Shown here: positions 15,482 through 23,124 of the stretch, piece by piece
Numbering within the stretch: position 1 is the stretch's first letter
How the letters are laid out: each line of letters starts with the position of its first letter
Origin: a virus
Lineage: Duplodnaviria > Caudoviricetes
IMG/VR virus record: IMGVR_UViG_3300031578_000178
Location: 1-35,277 of that record
Reading direction: 5' to 3' (one strand)
DNA length: 35,277 bases
Notes under the pieces: model-generated
The model's database searches: none
Seen by the model: the letters and a program-made list of their open reading frames with translations, nothing else
What the model was told of the DNA's origin: nothing
Position numbers and translations under genes: made by a program

Positions 15482-18400
15482 ATGACTTATGATGAATTCA
15501 AACAAAATTTCTTACCAGAATTCCTAAATATTAATTCCTATGCTGGTAGGATGAAATATGCTGATGAAAATCTTCAGAGAATCGGCAGTGGTACTGGAAG
15601 AGCAGTTTATGATATTGATGGTGAAAAGGTTTTGAAACTCGCAAAAAACGCCAAAGGTATTGCACAGAACGAAGCCGAAGCAGGTGCTGGATATTATCGT
15701 GATACCCAACATATAGTAACCATTGTTTTTGACAGTGAGGATAATAATAGTTGGTTGATTTCCGAGAAAGCGAAAAAGGTTAATGAGGCACGAATTAAAG
15801 AACTCACTGGTATCCCAAGCCTCAATGATTTATATTATTTTCTTAGAAATTTCAAAGAACAAAATAATGGTAGAAAAAAAATTATTCATCAAGACCAAGA
15901 ACTCGTGGAATTTTTCTACGAAAACGAATTCGCACAAGACCTACAAAATTTCATAGCCAATTATAGTCAACATGCTGGTGACATGGGCAGACCAAGTACA
16001 TATGGTGAAGTACTTCGAGACGGTCAACCGACAATTGTTCTAACAGATTACGGTTTGAATGATGAAGTATATGACAGCCATTATAATCGACAGAGAAAGC
16101 AGAGATATGGAATGCATGAACTCTTCAATTATGCAGACGGTAATGATGATATTCTTAGTGATGCTGGTGGTGGAATGGATATTAGACACGGTATGTGGGC
16201 ACAAATGCCTTATAGTGTGGATGATGGTCAAGGTGTTATCAATGAAAACTTTATTAAATTTGTTTCAAATCATGACAAATATCCCAATAAGCCAGTAGCG
16301 GGTCTTCCTGTTCTTGCAGACCATTTTCAGAACTGTGTGAATAACATCAAAGAAACATTAAAACATGTTGAAAACAAAAAACAGTTTTATGGTAATTTAT
16401 TGGAACTCCAGAACTATCTAATTAGACGAGGTTTTTATGACCGAGACCCATTAATGAGTGAAGAATATGTTATTAATGAAGACACTCCTTCTGTTGACCC
16501 CGATACGTTAAATGATAGAAATTATAGTGATAAACTGGCGACTGCGGTTGCAATTAAATTAAACCTAACATCACCAAAATATCTGGGTGGTGGAGGAAAT
16601 GGGTTTGCATATGAGATTAATGATAATCTTATAATGAAACTAACCACAGATATTAGTGAAGCAGATGCTGCATCAAGACTAATGAGAGGTCAACCCAAAA
16701 ACATATCAATAATTTTCAATCTATATAAAGTCGTTGATACCGAAACCGATAAAGCGGTTTTTGTCATAATGCAAGAAAATATCAACGATAAACCACTGGA
16801 TAGACTTAGAAAACTTCAAGCCGATATTTCCACAATAAAACCAGATGGTTTGGATTATGAAGATATTATGGTAAATATAAAAAAACCAAAGAAGTTTAAT
16901 CATAATGAATGGGTTGTGTGGGCGAAAAAAATATTAACTAATAATCCAGAATCTGGTGTTAGTCAACAAGAAAGACAAGCAGCATATGAATATCTTCTCG
17001 ACATGTTCAAAATACGTCAGGAATTATTAGATTACCGCATCAAATCGACTGATTATATTGCGATTGCGAATCTTGGTTATAAAAATGGTGTGTTGAAATT
17101 TTTTGATGTTGGTGGTTATTATGGTGTCGGTGAACCAGAAATTGGTGATGAAGATATCATAAATTTACCTGAAAACCTTAGTGAAGAACAATTAAGTGAA
17201 GACTATCCCAGAGACCGTGCAGATGCAATTGCTGTTGAAATTGGGAAAAAACTTGGTGTCGAACCACAGTATATCGGACACGGATTATTTGGTGTTGCAT
17301 ACGATATTGGTGATAATAAAGTGTTAAAAATAACATCAGATAAAAGTGAGGCAGCAGAAAATCTTGGACTTATTGGAAAACCTCTGAAATATATTGCACA
17401 ACCATATCGGGTATTTCAAGTCAATTCGGAAGTGAATGCTGATTTCCCAATAACATATGGTATTATTCTGGAGAAATTAAAAACAGACCAACCATATTTT
17501 AAACGTATGTATGATAGACTTGAATATGTCTTTAAAAATATTTTTAATATTGATTATAAAGAAGCACTTGAGGTATATCTATATGGTCATCAATTTGACC
17601 ACGATATTGAAAAAAGCGAGGTTGACCACTATTTTAAAAAGAACAGTGAAGACGCAGAATTCTTTTTCAGTATTTTGAGAATTGCTGAAGAACTTGATAA
17701 GTATGGTGTGGAAAGTCTTGATTATTATAATGCTGAAAATCTTGGATACAAGAAAGACGGTGCAATTGGTTTCTTTGATGTGGGGTTCGGCAATGGATTT
17801 TTACAACCAACTGATGCGGAACAAATGGGTGTGAATGTTGCTGAAGACGGTAGTGCTAAATTCAGTACTGATAATGCGATAGCACAGGATGATTTTCCAC
17901 CATATAATAGTAATGATACTTCTCCAATGATTAATAATGACTTGGATGCGAATGTTGCTTCCACAATGTATGAAGACCTTGAATATAACCATGTTGTTGG
18001 TGACGCTACTGAAGATAAATATATGTTAACTGAAAATGAGGGGGAAAAATATTATCGTGCTGTTGAGAAAAATATGGGTAAGACAATTGAGTTCGAACCA
18101 GAAGGTTTTTATGAAGCAATTGATGATGACGGCAATCCAATTTATCAATATGATACATTCTGGGAAAGTGATATAGCAGAAGTTGCTGCAAGTAAAACTA
18201 TTGGTGGTGCTGTAATGGGATTATACTCAATGTTTAGGACAAATGGTAGAAATCCAGAAACATTCTATATTTATATGATTAATGAAAAACCCGATGTTGA
18301 TATTTCTCATTGGGATATGGGTGATTTTTATCATTTAAAAGAGGTTAGATATCGTAGAGCGGTTCAGGGTAAATATATAGGTAAACTGATAATTACTGAT

Positions 18401-20581
18401 GACATGAAAACAAAATTAAATGCTTTTTATAATATGAATTCATTAGAAGCATATGATGAACCCGATGATGAGACATATGAAATTGTGAAAAATACTGATT
18501 ATGACCAATATATTGATAATGTTAAGGGTATGGTGCATGAAAGGAATAAATCATTTGGCACTGGTTCTAAAACAGTAAAGGTAAAAAGAAAATGTCAACT
18601 TGCTGGATTAGGTAATACCAGTGTTGCTTGTAATCAAGGTGATATAAATAATCTGGAATTCGGTTCAGTTAATGAGGAAGATTTGGAAATCAGGGAATAT
18701 TTTAGTAGTCTTGTACCTAAAATAGATGAGGGAGAAATTATGACATTACAAGACCTACCTTTTAGAAAAGAAGTCGAACAACTTGGTGGTAAGATATTTA
18801 GCGTTGGTGGTGCTGTCCGTGACGAGTTTCTGGGTAAAGAATCTAAAGACTTAGATGTGCTGGTAACTGGTATTCCTATGGACAGTCTTGAACAACTACT
18901 TAAGAAATATGGTGGGGTAAATAATGTCGGTGCGAGTTTTGGTGTTTTGAAGTTCGTACCAAAGGGCAGTAAAGAAGAAATTGATATTGCGATTCCCCGT
19001 ACTGAAGTACCAACTGGTGCTGGTGGTCATCAAGGTTTTGATGTGACTTCAGACCACGAATTACCAATTGAAAAAGATTTGGAACGCAGAGATTTTACAA
19101 TTAATGCAATAGCCAAGGACATTGATGGGAACATAATTGACCCATATAATGGTCAGGAAGACCTGAAGAATAAAATTATTCGTATTGTTAATCCAAAAGC
19201 ATTTAGTGATGACCCATTGAGGATGTTACGTGCAGTTCAGTTTGCCAGTCGTTTCGGTTTCACAATCGAACCCAAGACCATGCAAATGATAATTGATAAT
19301 GCCAGTAAGATTACTGAGATTGCACCAGAAAGAATTTTAATTGAACTTGAAAAGATTGTTACAAAAGGCAATGCGTTAATTGGTGTTGAGCTACTGGCTT
19401 CAACTGGTTTGTTTAAGCAGATTTTCGGTAACGAAATCCAACCTTCTCAAATAGGTCGTAGAGACTTTACTGGTGTCAAAACAATGGCTGAATTATTATT
19501 CTTAATGATGAATGGTGTGGTTCAGAATCCCGCAGAATTCTATCTTAGTAGGTTTAGCACCGAAGACGCTAAAAGAGATAGAACATATAAAGAATTACAG
19601 GCATTGGATTTAGCATTCAACTCAGACTTACTTGACCAACAAATGAGTCCAGTTAAAGCAAGGTCAATTGCTCATAACATGTATACAACAGCATCACAGA
19701 CACTCGAAAGTCAAGTCTTACCTGAAGCAATTGCTGTTGCTGCACAGGAATTGCTACAAGGTAAGTATCCGAAAACCGTCAATGAGTTGGCGGTTAATGG
19801 CAATGATTTAATGCAAAAAGGATTGCAGGGAAAAGCAATAGGAGACATGCAAAAATCAATGCTAATTAGGATTTATGCTGATAAGATTAGGAACAATAAG
19901 GAAGAATTACTATCTTTGGTGAAATCTAATAATGAAAAATTAAACGAATTATCTCATTTAGATTTTGAAAGAGAAAGTAAATGGAATATAAATGGTGAAG
20001 AGGTCGAATTAGATTTTTTTATTGAGAAATACGATAAATGGAATTATAAATATGAAAGATTTAGAGACCCATCTAAAGAATCGGTGTTGAGATTTATAGA
20101 AGATGAGTTTCCAGAATTTGTTAATGATGAAAAACTAAAAAAAGAATTATATTGGGCATTGACTGATAGAGAATTATTGAATGAAGACGAAATGAAAAAA
20201 GTGAGTTACAGTGCGGTAGTTCTTGATGATAAGTCGAAAGCAAGTTTACTTAAAGTATTCAGTCCAATGATACCTGAAGGTTGGGAAGTCATTGCTCACC
20301 ATATGACAATAAAAATGGGTGCGCTTGAAAACGGTAGTAGAGAAAAAGATGATATGGAAAACGGTACTGAAATTACATTAAAAGTAAATGATTATGCTAT
20401 GGATGAACTGGTAATGGCTGTTGGTGTTGAAGGATACCCAACTACAAATCCTAAACCACATATAACAATTGCTGTAAATAGAATAGAAGGTGGGAAACCG
20501 TTCCTCTCAAACAAATTAACTGATTGGAAACCATTAGGGTTTCCCATAACATTAACTGGAAAAGTAAGTGAAGAAGGGTAA
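15482..20581 (+). CDS. Multi-enzyme (polyvalent) protein, 1699 aa: three kinase-like domains + probable ADP-ribosyltransferase + CCA-adding-type nucleotidyltransferase + 2H phosphoesterase
   Basis: Kinase Gly loops IGSGTGRAVY, LGGGGNGFAY, IGHGLFGVAY, each followed by VLK/IMK, and DYG/FFDVG motifs; YYR...AASKT...FYIY...KEVRY; GGAVRD...DLD, DLERRDFTINAIA, DDPLRMLRA; HMT...HIT. Confidence 0.85.
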   Translation: MTYDEFKQNFLPEFLNINSYAGRMKYADENLQRIGSGTGRAVYDIDGEKVLKLAKNAKGIAQNEAEAGAGYYRDTQHIVTIVFDSEDNNSWLISEKAKKVNEARIKELTGIPSLNDLYYFLRNFKEQNNGRKKIIHQDQELVEFFYENEFAQDLQNFIANYSQHAGDMGRPSTYGEVLRDGQPTIVLTDYGLNDEVYDSHYNRQRKQRYGMHELFNYADGNDDILSDAGGGMDIRHGMWAQMPYSVDDGQGVINENFIKFVSNHDKYPNKPVAGLPVLADHFQNCVNNIKETLKHVENKKQFYGNLLELQNYLIRRGFYDRDPLMSEEYVINEDTPSVDPDTLNDRNYSDKLATAVAIKLNLTSPKYLGGGGNGFAYEINDNLIMKLTTDISEADAASRLMRGQPKNISIIFNLYKVVDTETDKAVFVIMQENINDKPLDRLRKLQADISTIKPDGLDYEDIMVNIKKPKKFNHNEWVVWAKKILTNNPESGVSQQERQAAYEYLLDMFKIRQELLDYRIKSTDYIAIANLGYKNGVLKFFDVGGYYGVGEPEIGDEDIINLPENLSEEQLSEDYPRDRADAIAVEIGKKLGVEPQYIGHGLFGVAYDIGDNKVLKITSDKSEAAENLGLIGKPLKYIAQPYRVFQVNSEVNADFPITYGIILEKLKTDQPYFKRMYDRLEYVFKNIFNIDYKEALEVYLYGHQFDHDIEKSEVDHYFKKNSEDAEFFFSILRIAEELDKYGVESLDYYNAENLGYKKDGAIGFFDVGFGNGFLQPTDAEQMGVNVAEDGSAKFSTDNAIAQDDFPPYNSNDTSPMINNDLDANVASTMYEDLEYNHVVGDATEDKYMLTENEGEKYYRAVEKNMGKTIEFEPEGFYEAIDDDGNPIYQYDTFWESDIAEVAASKTIGGAVMGLYSMFRTNGRNPETFYIYMINEKPDVDISHWDMGDFYHLKEVRYRRAVQGKYIGKLIITDDMKTKLNAFYNMNSLEAYDEPDDETYEIVKNTDYDQYIDNVKGMVHERNKSFGTGSKTVKVKRKCQLAGLGNTSVACNQGDINNLEFGSVNEEDLEIREYFSSLVPKIDEGEIMTLQDLPFRKEVEQLGGKIFSVGGAVRDEFLGKESKDLDVLVTGIPMDSLEQLLKKYGGVNNVGASFGVLKFVPKGSKEEIDIAIPRTEVPTGAGGHQGFDVTSDHELPIEKDLERRDFTINAIAKDIDGNIIDPYNGQEDLKNKIIRIVNPKAFSDDPLRMLRAVQFASRFGFTIEPKTMQMIIDNASKITEIAPERILIELEKIVTKGNALIGVELLASTGLFKQIFGNEIQPSQIGRRDFTGVKTMAELLFLMMNGVVQNPAEFYLSRFSTEDAKRDRTYKELQALDLAFNSDLLDQQMSPVKARSIAHNMYTTASQTLESQVLPEAIAVAAQELLQGKYPKTVNELAVNGNDLMQKGLQGKAIGDMQKSMLIRIYADKIRNNKEELLSLVKSNNEKLNELSHLDFERESKWNINGEEVELDFFIEKYDKWNYKYERFRDPSKESVLRFIEDEFPEFVNDEKLKKELYWALTDRELLNEDEMKKVSYSAVVLDDKSKASLLKVFSPMIPEGWEVIAHHMTIKMGALENGSREKDDMENGTEITLKVNDYAMDELVMAVGVEGYPTTNPKPHITIAVNRIEGGKPFLSNKLTDWKPLGFPITLTGKVSEEG

Positions 20582-20584
20582 ATT

Positions 20585-21217
20585 ATGGAAGAAATTCACG
20601 ACTTTATTGGAAAAAATAAAGCAGGTGAGAAGTTAGAAAAGGAAGTTATTGAAGATATCCGAAAGAAAAGATATCCAACAACACATAAATATGAACCAAA
20701 TAATGGTGATTATGATGTTTTTATTGATGAAATAAATGAAGGAATTGAGATTAAAAATGATTTAGAAGCACTATTCAGTAATAACATCTGTATTGAATAT
20801 AAACAAGATGGTCGATTATCTGGAATTTCAATAACTAAAGCAAAATACTGGATTCAATATGACCAAACTTATTTATATTTGGCGTTAACTGAGGATATTA
20901 AATATTTGATTCGTTCTTTTTTAATTTATCATATAGATTTAAAAAAGTTTGCAACTGGATTAGCTCTGGCTGATTATCCAAGCGATGTGTGTACAACGAA
21001 ACTGAAGGAATTTGAGACTAAATCAAGAGAAAAATATGGTGATTTATATGAGGAAATTCAACCAACAGATAGAATTGGTGATTTACCGAATAAGAAATTG
21101 AATCAAGGAAATTATTATAAATATATGGGTTTATATTTAGTTCCTAAAGAATTATTTAGAAAATATTGTTTAGAAGTAAACCCAATTAATAAAATGACAT
21201 ATAAGGGTTTACAATGA
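20585..21217 (+). CDS. Putative PD-(D/E)XK-family nuclease (210 aa)
   Basis: G-x-x-x-E helix, YD...IEIKND...NICIEY...SGI-x-x-T-x-A-x-YW pattern of a phage restriction-endonuclease-like family. Confidence 0.6.
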   Translation: MEEIHDFIGKNKAGEKLEKEVIEDIRKKRYPTTHKYEPNNGDYDVFIDEINEGIEIKNDLEALFSNNICIEYKQDGRLSGISITKAKYWIQYDQTYLYLALTEDIKYLIRSFLIYHIDLKKFATGLALADYPSDVCTTKLKEFETKSREKYGDLYEEIQPTDRIGDLPNKKLNQGNYYKYMGLYLVPKELFRKYCLEVNPINKMTYKGLQ

Positions 21218-21807
21218 AAAGATTAGCAGTTTTTGACTTTGATGGTACGTTGATGAATACACCAGACAAAGAAAATGGGATGAAATTGTGGAAAGAAAAG
21301 AACGGACAACCATATCCACATAAAGGATGGTGGGGTCGTAGAGAAAGTCTTGACACCACATTATTTAACATCAAACCATTTCCAAGAGTATTGGGTCAAT
21401 TGAAGAAAGAGAAAGCCACACCAGATACCTCAGTCATTATATTGAGTTCGAGAATGGAGAAACTACGTCCAGAAGTCGAGAAGATTCTTGACATGAATAA
21501 CATTGTCGTTGATGATGTTATCTTAAAAAGAGGTGCTGAAGACAAGGGCGATGTAATTCTAAAGATAGAAAACTATAATCAGGATTTAAAAGAGATTGTC
21601 GTGTATGATGATTATACTGATAGAGATGCTGGAAAGATTGCAGAATATACAAAAATTAAAGACCAATTGTCTGATGATGTAAAATATATTTTATATTATG
21701 TTGATAATGATAATATCCGTCCACTTATGGGTGAAGGGAAGATTAGTTTTGAATCAACAAGTAGATTATTGGAGATAATACAAGAAGAAATCATAAATTT
21801 TAAATAA
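21214..21807 (+). CDS. HAD-superfamily phosphatase, RNA-repair (Swiss-Army-knife HAD)-like
   Basis: Motif I VFDFDGTLMNTP, GWW...ESL, motif II LSSR, motif III K, motif IV VYDD. Confidence 0.8.
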   Translation: MKRLAVFDFDGTLMNTPDKENGMKLWKEKNGQPYPHKGWWGRRESLDTTLFNIKPFPRVLGQLKKEKATPDTSVIILSSRMEKLRPEVEKILDMNNIVVDDVILKRGAEDKGDVILKIENYNQDLKEIVVYDDYTDRDAGKIAEYTKIKDQLSDDVKYILYYVDNDNIRPLMGEGKISFESTSRLLEIIQEEIINFK

Positions 21808-21809
21808 GA

Positions 21810-21818
21810 GTATTTATA
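21810..21818 (+). promoter_or_regulatory. Putative late promoter GTATTTATA
   Basis: Motif 21 nt before the ATG at 21831. Confidence 0.6.
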
Positions 21819-21830
21819 AGAAATTTCGAT

Positions 21831-22646
21831 ATGATTGATATGAGATATAAACCACATTTTCTTCCACAGGTACACGCACCATATGATATGGTGCTTCAAA
21901 AACTTGATGATGAGGGTGTGAATTATACCAATGTTGAAGTTGACCCAAATGACTTAACACCTTTACAGGGAATTACATTTAGTGATGATGTTGGTGGTGT
22001 AAATGTTGATGACATGAATCCGATTTGGATTAGTTCTGACATGCAAGTTCTTGATGGTCACCATAGAATGGTTCGTGCGTTGCTCGATAACATTCCAATC
22101 AAATGTATTAAGATTGACATGAATCATAAGGATGCTTGTCGAGTACTTAATAAGATACAGGATATCTATGAATACGAACAATCACAGGGTCTTGAAGAGG
22201 TGGAAGACCAAGACGCAATCAATTTTTATCGTGATGACGAGAATCAGTTTCTGAATACATTAGAAGAAGATAATATTGCGATTCAAACCGAAACACCAAC
22301 CAAGAATCAAAAAACCGTGGTTGGGTATAGAAAAGACCCGATTAAAGAAAATAGCGTTGTTGGTAATTTTTTCACATTAAAACCTGTTGACGGCTATGAT
22401 AAATACGAAATCGATTTCGAGAATCTACTGGATACCAATGCTTTGGGTGTTACCTACAAGGATGGTCAAGAACCAGTGGATATTCTGGCAAAATCTTGGT
22501 TTCCAAACATAAATTTTGAAAAATTAAGTACACAACATAGTGCCCCATCAATTAATTTAAAAACCAAGGCAGTTGCTGAGAAAGCAATGAAAATGGGTTA
22601 CGATGGTATAAAATATGGTGACACAATAATTCAAGGACTAAAATAA
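21831..22646 (+). CDS. ParB/sulfiredoxin-like N-terminal domain fused to a degenerate ART-like C-terminal domain (271 aa)
   Basis: L-x-P-x-Q...PIWIS...VLDGHHR (22053-22067); C-terminal GYR...GNFFT...NLLD...A...GYDGI (22596-22610). Confidence 0.7.
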   Translation: MIDMRYKPHFLPQVHAPYDMVLQKLDDEGVNYTNVEVDPNDLTPLQGITFSDDVGGVNVDDMNPIWISSDMQVLDGHHRMVRALLDNIPIKCIKIDMNHKDACRVLNKIQDIYEYEQSQGLEEVEDQDAINFYRDDENQFLNTLEEDNIAIQTETPTKNQKTVVGYRKDPIKENSVVGNFFTLKPVDGYDKYEIDFENLLDTNALGVTYKDGQEPVDILAKSWFPNINFEKLSTQHSAPSINLKTKAVAEKAMKMGYDGIKYGDTIIQGLK

Positions 22647-22653
22647 ATCAGAT

Positions 22654-22992
22654 ATGAATACATATAAAATAACAAACATAACTAATCTTGCTGGAAAGCG
22701 TGATAGAAAATTTAATACGATTGTTAATATAGAATATATTGACGGCAGAACCAAGAAAACAATTGTTTTAAAAGCAGGTGATAACGTATTTTTAACAATT
22801 AATTCACTACCTCTCTCGGTGCACAGATTAAGAATCAAGAACCTAATTACAATCGAAGAAGTTAATCTTGCTGAACTTACAAAACCAGTAACACCAAAAC
22901 CAATTCGAAGACCTAAACCAGTAAAGAAACCCGTTGAGGTTGTAGATAAAGTTGAAAAGAAAACCACAAGTAAGAAAAAGACACTGACCTAA
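22654..22992 (+). CDS. Hypothetical basic protein (112 aa) with Lys/Pro-rich tail
   Basis: Clean ORF followed by a terminator. Confidence 0.75.
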   Translation: MNTYKITNITNLAGKRDRKFNTIVNIEYIDGRTKKTIVLKAGDNVFLTINSLPLSVHRLRIKNLITIEEVNLAELTKPVTPKPIRRPKPVKKPVEVVDKVEKKTTSKKKTLT

Positions 22993-23014
22993 TATCAAAA
23001 CACACATGTTATCC

Positions 23015-23043
23015 AAAAGCCAACAGAAATGTTGGCTTTTTTT
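23015..23043 (+). terminator. Intrinsic terminator
   Basis: AAAAGCCAACA-GAAA-TGTTGGCTTTT hairpin with GNRA loop and T-run. Confidence 0.85.
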
Positions 23044-23124
23044 ATGAATTAATTCAAGATTTTTCCTTGAGTTCCGTATAACCATATATATACAATAATT
23101 TTTTATAAATAATTATAAACGAAT

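Noticed and set aside
18740-19920. Poly(A) polymerase (pcnB) or a host-derived cca gene indicating bacterial DNA
   Set aside because: It lacks the PAP G(R/K)RF signature and is an internal domain of a phage protein, surrounded by phage genes.
21831-22646. ParABS partition system
   Set aside because: No ParA, no HTH in the ParB-like protein and no parS-like palindrome array nearby.
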